Of a stretch of 53,151 nt of DNA, positions 30,829-38,874 are shown piece after piece. The DNA comes from Candidatus Thorarchaeota archaeon SMTZ1-45 (GTDB taxonomy: Archaea > Asgardarchaeota > Thorarchaeia > Thorarchaeales > Thorarchaeaceae): positions 1 through 53,151 of the forward strand of contig LRSL01000037.1 in NCBI GenBank assembly GCA_001563335.1, in the 5' to 3' direction. Each line of letters opens with the position of its first letter. The first letter of the stretch is position 1. The position numbers and the translations under genes were made by a program. The notes under the pieces are model-generated. The model saw nothing but the letters and a program-made list of their open reading frames with translations. It had not been told where the DNA came from and made no database searches.

Positions 30829-31221
30829 TCATAGCGCCTTATGGAGTATCTTCCTTGCTTCTCTAGCTGTCTTTTTAGCGTCACTGAAAATCAACCCAAG
30901 TTTGGCATTTTCTGGAGCTGTGATAGTAAGAAGATAATCAGCTGAGATTGAAATCACAAGTGTTGTTCCAAGATCTCCTTGAATTATGATGGACTTGAGT
31001 TCACCTTGTCTGAGTGCTTTGACAGTTTGATCTCCAGCTGCATGGATGGCTGCAACGATAGCTGCAACTGAAGCCTCCTCAGTTCCTCCATGAAATCTAC
31101 TTGCAAATGGAAGGCCTTCGATGGAAAACACAGCAGCACCAAGAATAGGTGACTTGTTTGTGAGTTCCTTTAGGAGATCACTAAGGGTTTCCTGTATTTT
31201 CATAACTTGTTGGTCCTCCAA
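30829..31221 (-). CDS. Roadblock/LC7 (MglB/LAMTOR-like) domain protein
   Basis: GAAVFSIEGLP.AS, A.VAA, GEL.SIIIQGD.G and AKLGLIF pattern. Confidence 0.9.
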   Translation of the reverse strand: MEDQQVMKIQETLSDLLKELTNKSPILGAAVFSIEGLPFASRFHGGTEEASVAAIVAAIHAAGDQTVKALRQGELKSIIIQGDLGTTLVISISADYLLTITAPENAKLGLIFSDAKKTAREARKILHKAL

Positions 31222-31340
31222 GTTTATCTCTCCCTTTCAATAGAATACAACCCATTTGCAAACAGGGTCTTATTGATTTTTGACTTAACGTATTGATAAA
31301 GCTTGGGAGTTAACAATAAACTATCAATGAATCATAAAAT

Positions 31341-32345
31341 TCACTCAATTAATCTTACAGACGTCACTTTGTCACTATGAAGTGATGCTGTAGGAAGTTT
31401 CATGACCCTCAGAACATTGTCTGCTTCCTCATCAAGACCTGCACTTTTCAAAAGGTCGATGAACTCAAAGCCAGTTGTGATAATCAATCCCTTGACAGGT
31501 TTTCCTATCTTCATGGATTCTAGGAGTTCTTCTACTGACCATATTCTACACCTCATATCAAGGTCACTTTGCTTCTCAAGATGAGTGATGCCTTTCCTTG
31601 CTATCCCTCTATTCTCTCTTTGTTCGATGGTATAAGCACGACGTCTATTGATTCGCTTCAACCTCGATAATCCATTATTGATAACATCCTTTGAGCTAAC
31701 CATTTTTCCATACAAGTCTTTGACACTTTTTGTTGTACTAGTGACTAACCATGCAGTCCCATAAATTGCTTGGTAACGCATTCCTTTGAGCACTTCAGAT
31801 TCACTGAGGAGTGTTATGGACCTGTATCCTTTGTACTCAACTGATATTAACCAGTTCTGGTCTTTGTTCTCAACTATGAGATCTGGTGTAAGACCTTCAC
31901 CTGTTGATGGAACACTTGTCGTGACACCAGGAAATAGGCGCATGATAAGTGCTTGAAATGCCTCATGGAATATATTGTGTCTTAGATTCCTTGCTTCCTG
32001 AGGATGTCGTAGTCCAGCCTCACGGTATAGTACTGGCATCTCTGCTTTCTTGCCAGTCTTCGCCTTGACTTCGCTCTTGGTTGTCAACCTCCCCTTTGCA
32101 TAATTCTGTTTAACAAGAATTATTGCAGCTTCGTTACTGATAAGTTCAAAGACTATCTTACCTAAATCTGACTCTTTCTCCTCTGGATTCTTAGCGATTC
32201 GTCGTTTTGCTTCAGTATATGCCCAATCAATGACACTCTGAGCTTCTTCACCAAGTATTGAGGTGATTGAGTTCAATTTGTCATTCAGTGTGTATCTTCT
32301 TACGTATTTTTTCAGTGCTGTTCCAATGATCAATTTTCTAGACAA
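31341..32345 (-). CDS. Putative PD-(D/E)XK restriction-endonuclease-fold protein
   Basis: HE helix, then TPDLIVE...SVEYKG, followed by EV.K..RY and WLVT. Confidence 0.55.
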   Translation of the reverse strand: MSRKLIIGTALKKYVRRYTLNDKLNSITSILGEEAQSVIDWAYTEAKRRIAKNPEEKESDLGKIVFELISNEAAIILVKQNYAKGRLTTKSEVKAKTGKKAEMPVLYREAGLRHPQEARNLRHNIFHEAFQALIMRLFPGVTTSVPSTGEGLTPDLIVENKDQNWLISVEYKGYRSITLLSESEVLKGMRYQAIYGTAWLVTSTTKSVKDLYGKMVSSKDVINNGLSRLKRINRRRAYTIEQRENRGIARKGITHLEKQSDLDMRCRIWSVEELLESMKIGKPVKGLIITTGFEFIDLLKSAGLDEEADNVLRVMKLPTASLHSDKVTSVRLIE

Positions 32346-32369
32346 TAGGTATCTCTCTCTTCGCTCAGG

Positions 32370-33050
32370 TCACTTAGCTCTTCTAAGGATGTCCCTTGTG
32401 AGCTCTACCTCTTGGGTATTCTCATCATAGGATACTAAATCTGCTGCAGCTAAATCATGTACAGCTTTGAGAACAGCTGCTGGTTGAATTCCAGTACTTG
32501 ATGTTATGTTCTTCCTTGTTATAGAAGTCTTTACATCGTGTAGAGTGTATAATATTCTGGCATGAGGTTTTCCATAGAAAACGGTCTCGATGAGTGTTAT
32601 GTAAATAGCCAAAAGATCACTAACATCCACCTTTTCCTGTAAGGCTTCTTTTTCAGCTGATGCTTCCCTATAGAGTTCTGAAACTCTTGAAAGCTGCTCA
32701 TTGATTTCATCCATCTCTTTTCGAAGTTCATCTCTCTCTCTTCGAAGCGTTTCTTCCGCCTCGCTTTTGGACGCCTCTGCCTCCTCTGCTTTGGCACTTA
32801 ATTCTCCAATCTCTTCCTTTACAGTTGCAAGATCAGCTTTGGCTTTATCTCTGTCTTTCTCAGCTTTCTCAAGCTTAGTGGTGAGCTCCTTGATTTGTTC
32901 TTCAAGAGCCAGAGCACGTTCCTCAGCCTCCTTTCTTGCTGTCTTAATTTCGTCTGCTTCACTGCTTAGGCTCTCTCGTTCATCCATCAGTTTTACGATG
33001 GAGTCCTTAAACTCATCCAATAGTTCAAGCATCTTTTCCCTATCGGTCAT
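32370..33050 (-). CDS. Coiled-coil protein with C-terminal winged HTH
   Basis: About 140 aa of heptads, then KPHARILYTLH...ITRKNITSSTGIQPAAVLKAVHDL...LVSYD. Confidence 0.75.
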   Translation of the reverse strand: MTDREKMLELLDEFKDSIVKLMDERESLSSEADEIKTARKEAEERALALEEQIKELTTKLEKAEKDRDKAKADLATVKEEIGELSAKAEEAEASKSEAEETLRRERDELRKEMDEINEQLSRVSELYREASAEKEALQEKVDVSDLLAIYITLIETVFYGKPHARILYTLHDVKTSITRKNITSSTGIQPAAVLKAVHDLAAADLVSYDENTQEVELTRDILRRAK

Positions 33051-33085
33051 TAGATACTCCTCACTTGCAGTGAGCGCAACCTGCT

Positions 33086-34231
33086 TTATATCAGTTTCAC
33101 ATCATACTCATTTGACTTTGTTTTTAGATATTTAATATACATCTTCTTCAGTTCAACGAGAGGGTATCCAAATGCTTTGAAAGCCTCAAGTTCTCCCTTC
33201 TTCCTTCTTTTCAAGATGGATTCATTTTGCTTGTTCAGATAGGGATCTTGACTTAATGAAGGGATGTTTCTGTTTTGCTGAGCACATTTTATGTCTGCTT
33301 TTGTCATTGACTCTAATGTGTGCTCGATTCTAGAAAGCATGCTATTTCTTCCCCAGAAATCCTCTGTCGAAAGACCTGCATATTTTGCCTGTGGAGTTGC
33401 GAGCCCTTGAATATTTGCAAGTTCAATTGAATTGTTCTTGATTGTAGAGAAAATTCTCAGAGACCATGGACTCATATCAACCAGGACGAGAACTGGTACT
33501 TCATTATCTGCTAAGCGTCTTATCCATGCTCTCATATTTCTACCAGGTTGTCCAAAAAGAGCCCCTATACCAATTCTAAGGCGCTCTGCTAAACCAAGTT
33601 CGATTAGATTCCTTGCCATAGCCTCTTTCTCAACAAACAAAGCTGCATCCACGTTTATGTCATGAATTTCAACATCAAATGGTCTTGATGAGATGAACCA
33701 TCCATATTCACCTGCAGAATTACAGTTCAATCTCTTCCCAGATAAATCTGATAGAGTCACATCTCCATAGAATGTTCCTTTTGGTGAACTCACAACACCA
33801 AATTCTTCTCGAGGAATAGATGCTCCTCCTTGTCTTATGATCCTCTCACAAAGGTGGATCAACCTATTAGTTTCTGATTGGTTTGAAATCTTCATGACTT
33901 TTTGTACATGCTTAACTTTGTGCAAATAGTAAAAATCTCTCAAACTCATCGAGAGTCCCTGTTCTAGATGCTCTTTAAACTGAGTAAGTCCATAGACAAG
34001 ACTAGCTATTGTCTTCGCACTTTCAACTTTTCGACCGTCTATGAATGAAGCATTATCGTCAACTGGTATGTATCCCCTTGTTTCATTATAATTGACATTC
34101 TTCTTAGATGAACCGAAATAACCAATTTCAGGAAACTCACCATCATCTATCGTTTCAGCAATCGTTTCCAAAACATTATCAATCAGACTCAGAACCTTGG
34201 TATTTGCTGTATTCATTGAGGTATCATTCAT
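33086..34231 (-). CDS. top6A: DNA topoisomerase VI subunit A / Spo11-like protein (divergent)
   Basis: SLRDFYY (catalytic Tyr), G.FYGD, VEKEA (Toprim Glu), GQP.R..R, D-M-S-PW (DxD variant) and KGELEA. Confidence 0.85.
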   Translation of the reverse strand: MNDTSMNTANTKVLSLIDNVLETIAETIDDGEFPEIGYFGSSKKNVNYNETRGYIPVDDNASFIDGRKVESAKTIASLVYGLTQFKEHLEQGLSMSLRDFYYLHKVKHVQKVMKISNQSETNRLIHLCERIIRQGGASIPREEFGVVSSPKGTFYGDVTLSDLSGKRLNCNSAGEYGWFISSRPFDVEIHDINVDAALFVEKEAMARNLIELGLAERLRIGIGALFGQPGRNMRAWIRRLADNEVPVLVLVDMSPWSLRIFSTIKNNSIELANIQGLATPQAKYAGLSTEDFWGRNSMLSRIEHTLESMTKADIKCAQQNRNIPSLSQDPYLNKQNESILKRRKKGELEAFKAFGYPLVELKKMYIKYLKTKSNEYDVKLI

Positions 34232-35768
34232 TCAGACCACCTCTTCCAGAATCAAACAGAATTGAAATGGAAACATGTCTTTTCAAAGCTGATGAGAGTA
34301 TTTCTGCCATGAATGTATAATACTCGGTGAGTCGATTCTCTCTCTTCCTCTTTTTATACACTCTATCGCGCCTTCTGATCTTTTCTCCAATTTCTCTTAG
34401 ACAATCCTTGAACCCGAGTTCAATCTCTTTTCTGACAATATCTACGTCAGCTATGTACTCCTTGCCCACTGTCTTGTACGGGACCTTGGTGGAGCAAATA
34501 TGTATAACAAATGCAATGGGATCTTCTTGACGAAGTCCATAGTTCTTCAGATTCAGATTTCTTACAACCCTATAGGTCACATCAGACCGCTCATCATAGA
34601 GAAGAGGAATTCGGTTTGCGAATCGATAGACATTGATCCCAGGGTCTAGACTTCCACCATATGCTACACCAGTTTCAACTATGAATGGATGTCCCTCGTG
34701 AACATTTGGTGATCTTTGTTTGAATACAGAAAAATCAGGTGAGAGCCTTTGTATGCCTGCAGACAATACATCAATTCCCGCAGGTGAAAGTGACTTTGAT
34801 GATGGTGGAAGAAACTTTTCAAAAACTGCAAGTTTATTCATTAGAGTGACTAGTTCATCCTGTCCCAAAACTAATGGATTCTCATCAGGATTCATATTTG
34901 AATATGCAAGGAACTCTTCTGCAATTGAATTTCCAACACGTTGGAACGAGTTCTTCATAAACGCCTTCATGGTTCGTGCTCTTGTTGAATTAGTCATCTT
35001 CTTGAGTAATTCCACATCGATTCCACGTGGGTGTGGTTTCATCTCTCGTGGAGCGACAGGGAGCTTGTCAATCAGTCGATTATATGTCAATATCTGACCA
35101 TCAGGAGTGTCAAACAGAAGCGATGCGTAAGGAACTATAATCGCAGTCTTAGTGAAATAATCTATGATTCTTTTTTTACTCCTTACCCAATCCCCTTGAA
35201 GTTTATATGAAACCATAGTTCCTTTTTCATGAGGCGACTTCGAAATTTTCTCTTCATAGAGAATTTCAGGCTGGTTTGTTTCAATATCTAATTTCATCAC
35301 GATTTTGTGGCCATGTTTCTCACCATCTCTACCCGTAACCACTTCGATTGGCTCTTGTGTGGTGACTTGTCCATAAAGGAGCGCTAAACTACCTCCCAGA
35401 CCAAATGTTCCTCTATTTTGTTTGAGAGTAAATTTTGTGCCAGTAAGCATTTTCCCAATTAAAACTGGAATTGCCTCTTTTTTCATACCTTTTCCATTAT
35501 CTTTTACAACAAGCTCAAAGATTTCAGGTCCAACATTTAGGATATCTGTATCATCATTTGGTTCTTCTTCTCTTTTTAGAAATACACTGACTTCGGGCAA
35601 GACACGTTCTTCTTCACAAGCATCAAGGCTGTTTTCTACTAGTTCACGAATTGACACGTATAATGAGCGAGCAGGATTATCAAACCCAGCGATCGTACGA
35701 TTTCTATAGAACCAAGCTGACACTGAAAGTTCTGTAATTTCTGAACTGAATCTATTAGTCGTGAGCAC
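34224..35768 (-). CDS. top6B: DNA topoisomerase VI subunit B
   Basis: GHKL motifs ELVENSLDA, DNGKG, RGTFGLG and GT; PHPRG; H2TH region; RFANRIPLLY; KVPYKTVGKE. Confidence 0.95.
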   Translation of the reverse strand: MLTTNRFSSEITELSVSAWFYRNRTIAGFDNPARSLYVSIRELVENSLDACEEERVLPEVSVFLKREEEPNDDTDILNVGPEIFELVVKDNGKGMKKEAIPVLIGKMLTGTKFTLKQNRGTFGLGGSLALLYGQVTTQEPIEVVTGRDGEKHGHKIVMKLDIETNQPEILYEEKISKSPHEKGTMVSYKLQGDWVRSKKRIIDYFTKTAIIVPYASLLFDTPDGQILTYNRLIDKLPVAPREMKPHPRGIDVELLKKMTNSTRARTMKAFMKNSFQRVGNSIAEEFLAYSNMNPDENPLVLGQDELVTLMNKLAVFEKFLPPSSKSLSPAGIDVLSAGIQRLSPDFSVFKQRSPNVHEGHPFIVETGVAYGGSLDPGINVYRFANRIPLLYDERSDVTYRVVRNLNLKNYGLRQEDPIAFVIHICSTKVPYKTVGKEYIADVDIVRKEIELGFKDCLREIGEKIRRRDRVYKKRKRENRLTEYYTFMAEILSSALKRHVSISILFDSGRGGLNE

Positions 35769-35832
35769 TCAAGGAGCCCCCTGACAACATCAAGAGGCAA
35801 CTGTATTATCCTGCTATGAAGCATGGTATTAT

Positions 35833-36720
35833 TCACGCAACACTATAATCAACTAGTATTGGAAAGATTAGATAACCAAATATCAGCATAAACAGGAGTC
35901 CTAGAGTTTGAGCTATCCACACTCTATTATTCCAGTATCTAACCGTTGCTCCATCAAATGGTTGAAATGGAATCATATTGAATAAACCCAGAAACGCATT
36001 TAGTTGGATACCATATCGAAGCAGAAATCCAATTGCTATAATTGGAATCTTACCCAATGCCAGTATCATAGAAATTATCGCCAATGCTGTTGCAATTGCA
36101 AAATTCGTCAAAGGTCCAGCTAGATTCGATTTTCCATTTTGTTCTACATTGGATGTTCCACTGGTATAGACTACACCTGTGCCAAATATTGGCAATGAGA
36201 AAAGAATCGCCATTGCTGAGAGATAGTATCCCATTGCAGTCATTCTGAACTCTGACCACATACCATAACTCTGTGATACGAATTTATGAGCCATTTCATG
36301 TGCCATGAAGGATCCAAGAAATATAACAATGGTACCAACAATTACCCACAACAATCCCTCGCTGACAAGAAAACCAATTACAGTAATTGCATTGAATATG
36401 CCCAAGGGACTTCCAAAGATGGAGATGCCCACAAGAACTACTAGTACCGAAGCAATTGCAAGATCACGAATCTCAGTAGATGAGAAGCGCTTACGTCTTG
36501 TTCGTTTCTTTTTCAATCTGCGAGTGGGTTGAAATTGGTTTTCATCTGGTTCTTGAACTCTAAATGAATCAGATACCTTTCTTCGTGCATCCTCACGAAC
36601 TTTATGCATTGCAGGACAACCATGACTCTCTGGTAATCTATGTTCTGAACAATAGACGGTGTTACAATAGGGACAAGTAAATCCCAAATCATCAGCACCG
36701 CATAGAGAACATGTTGTCAT
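35833..36720 (-). CDS. AN1-type zinc finger fused to an M50 (site-2) intramembrane metalloprotease
   Basis: CSLC...FTCPYC..VYCSEHRLPESHGC; HEMAH, AGP and FNMIPFQPFDG. Confidence 0.88.
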   Translation of the reverse strand: MTTCSLCGADDLGFTCPYCNTVYCSEHRLPESHGCPAMHKVREDARRKVSDSFRVQEPDENQFQPTRRLKKKRTRRKRFSSTEIRDLAIASVLVVLVGISIFGSPLGIFNAITVIGFLVSEGLLWVIVGTIVIFLGSFMAHEMAHKFVSQSYGMWSEFRMTAMGYYLSAMAILFSLPIFGTGVVYTSGTSNVEQNGKSNLAGPLTNFAIATALAIISMILALGKIPIIAIGFLLRYGIQLNAFLGLFNMIPFQPFDGATVRYWNNRVWIAQTLGLLFMLIFGYLIFPILVDYSVA

Positions 36721-36881
36721 TTTTCCACACTCTACTCTCTATTGATTCAGCGATTGGTCAATATATTCGTATTCCTATTAGCTACAAAAAAAAAAAAATT
36801 CCTTCAATCGCTTGACACAAGGCTTAAGTGAGAGTAAGATTGACCCCGCCACGAGCCGTGAAACACAAGGAGCGGTACTAT

Positions 36882-38270
36882 TTGGATTATGATGTAGCCA
36901 TTGTTGGTAGCGGCCCTGCTGGAATATTTTGTGCTCTCGAATTAATAGAAAAGAAACCATCCTTGAAACTTGTCGTTATTGAACGTGGGGAAAGTATCGA
37001 AAGTCGTACCTGCCCTAACTCTACAGCAGCTGTTGGATGTAAGAAATGCAATCCTTGCAACATTCTTGCAGGATGGGGTGGGGCCGGAGCTTTTTCAGAT
37101 GGTAAACTCACGCACTCGACTCAAGTTGGTGGTTGGCTTGATGAACTAATTGGTGAAGATTATCTGATGGAATTGATAGAATATGTCGATGCCAAGTACC
37201 TCTCATATGGGGCTCCAAAGAAGATCTATGGTTCAATTAATGAAGACATTGAAACCTACAGAAATAAGGCTGCTCTAATCGGAATGCAACTAATACCCCA
37301 ACGCGTCAGACACATGGGTCGTGAGGGTTGCATCGATGTCATGGGTCAGATGTACAATGAGATTTTACAATATGCGGACATCAAATTCAAGACTGAGGCA
37401 AAAGACATCCATGTTAATGGTGGATCTGTTGAAGGTTTGGAAACAAATGGCGGTGATATGATCAATGCTCGCTATGTTGTTGCCGCTCCTGGAAGGGTGG
37501 GAAATGAATGGCTCTCTCGTCAAGCTCAGCGCCTCTCTTTGCATACTGAGAACAATTATGTTGACATGGGAGTCCGTGTTGAGATACCTGCACCTGTAAT
37601 GCAGGAGATTGCGGAATCCCTCTATGAGCCAAAATTAATCTACTATTCTCGCCGTTTTGACGATAAGGTCAGATTATTCTGTTTCAATCCTGGTGGCGTG
37701 GTGACGAGTGAGTACTATGATGAGATTCTTACTGTGAACGGTCAATCATTTGCCAATAAGAAGACAGCTAATTCAAACTTCGCACTCTTAGTTTCAACAA
37801 AGTTTACAGCTCCATTCAAAGAACCAATTGCTTATGGAAAGTACATTGCTCGACTTGCCAACATGTTGGGTGATGGTGTTATTGTTCAAAGGTTGGCTGA
37901 TTTACAGCGAGGAAAAAGAAGTACTGCAGACCGTATTGCTAGGAGTCCAGTGAAGCCAACCCTTCCTAGTGCTTCTCCTGGAGATCTTAGCTTTGCTCTA
38001 CCTTACAGACACCTTAGTTCTATTCTGGAAATGCTTAATGCACTGGATGAACTTTGTCCTGGTGTTGCCAGCTCTGGAACGCTTCTCTATGGGGTTGAAG
38101 TCAAGTTCTATTCCTCTCGCCTTATGCTCAGTAAGCAGCTGGAAACGCAAGTTAAGAACCTATATGCAGCTGGTGATGGTGCTGGAATAACCCGTGGTCT
38201 CATGCAAGCATCAGTATCCGGATTACTCGTAGCTCGTGATATTCTTCAGAAAGAAAGTATTGACCTTTAG
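36882..38270 (+). CDS. FAD-dependent oxidoreductase (uncharacterised dehydrogenase family)
   Basis: IVGSGPAG, GGAGAFSDGKL, GVRVE, FCFNPGG, EVKFYS and GDGAGITRG. TTG 36882 after AAGGAG chosen as start; ORF is open from 36828. Confidence 0.88.
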   Translation: MDYDVAIVGSGPAGIFCALELIEKKPSLKLVVIERGESIESRTCPNSTAAVGCKKCNPCNILAGWGGAGAFSDGKLTHSTQVGGWLDELIGEDYLMELIEYVDAKYLSYGAPKKIYGSINEDIETYRNKAALIGMQLIPQRVRHMGREGCIDVMGQMYNEILQYADIKFKTEAKDIHVNGGSVEGLETNGGDMINARYVVAAPGRVGNEWLSRQAQRLSLHTENNYVDMGVRVEIPAPVMQEIAESLYEPKLIYYSRRFDDKVRLFCFNPGGVVTSEYYDEILTVNGQSFANKKTANSNFALLVSTKFTAPFKEPIAYGKYIARLANMLGDGVIVQRLADLQRGKRSTADRIARSPVKPTLPSASPGDLSFALPYRHLSSILEMLNALDELCPGVASSGTLLYGVEVKFYSSRLMLSKQLETQVKNLYAAGDGAGITRGLMQASVSGLLVARDILQKESIDL

Positions 38271-38304
38271 CTGGTCTAGAAAAACACTGACTACTTCCAA
38301 ACCC

Positions 38305-38335
38305 TTAAATACTAATATACCAGATGGTATATTAG
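38305..38335 (+). promoter_or_regulatory. TATA box plus perfect palindromic operator upstream of hsp20-cdc48
   Basis: TTAAATA (38305-38311) is directly followed by CTAATATACCA-GA-TGGTATATTAG (38312-38335), an 11-bp inverted repeat. Confidence 0.65.
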
Positions 38336-38362
38336 GTACTGGCTGACAAGCCATACAGAAAG

Positions 38363-38410
38363 GGAGCCCCACTGGTGACTCGGAGGGCGGCACCAGCCGC
38401 CCGGGGCTTC
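38363..38410 (+). ncRNA. Candidate structured RNA leader (GC-rich, pseudoknot or switch potential)
   Basis: Stem 38363-38370/38403-38410 encloses hairpin 38385-38391/38396-38402 (loop ACCA); alternative helix 38372-38377/38391-38396. Confidence 0.5.
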
Positions 38411-38432
38411 GTAATGAGAGGTAATTTTCCAA

Positions 38433-38858
38433 ATGATAGATGATGACTTTGAGTCAGTGTTCAAAAGAATGATTGAAGAGTTAATGGGAACTTTTGGAAT
38501 GCCAATGGATAATATAAGATTAAGATCTTGGAATGACTCATTTGTCGATGAACCTCCTGAAGTGCAAATTGATTCCATGAGTGATGAACCGCTAGTTGAG
38601 AAGATTGATCTTGGAGATGGTGTCCTTATTGTAATTGATGGACTGAATGATTTAGAGGATCCCAAAGTAAAAGTTGCAGAATCGACAATTTTTGTTCAGC
38701 CTGGTCTAGGTAAAAAAGAAGTCACGATTGAAGTAGGATTCCCAATTGATCTAGAGAAGTCAACTGCTTCCCATCGAAATGGTGTCATTGAGATTACTGC
38801 TGTTAAGGCTAACAGCAATATCAAAAATATTAGTGATGGATTCTTAAGAATTAAGTAG
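38433..38858 (+). CDS. hsp20: Small heat-shock protein (Hsp20/alpha-crystallin)
   Basis: Acidic N-terminus, EPLVE, AS.RNGVIEI and C-terminal LRI (IxI-like) motif; upstream of cdc48. Confidence 0.8.
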   Translation: MIDDDFESVFKRMIEELMGTFGMPMDNIRLRSWNDSFVDEPPEVQIDSMSDEPLVEKIDLGDGVLIVIDGLNDLEDPKVKVAESTIFVQPGLGKKEVTIEVGFPIDLEKSTASHRNGVIEITAVKANSNIKNISDGFLRIK

Positions 38859-38874
38859 AATGAGAGTGAGCTGA

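Noticed and set aside
32701-33135. Ser/Leu-rich antisense ORF, and similar shadow ORFs such as 40086..40595, 44861..45163 and 50740..51180
   Set aside because: Antisense or alternate-frame shadows of well-supported genes, with no independent motifs.
36786-36798. A13 homopolymer as a phase-variation tract
   Set aside because: Intergenic between divergent genes, with no evidence of length variation from one sequence; could be a sequencing artefact.
38363-38410. tRNA, SECIS element or T-box
   Set aside because: No cloverleaf or T-loop; no adjacent gene needing UGA read-through; the UGGU/ACCA pairing is intramolecular and no T-box stem I is present.
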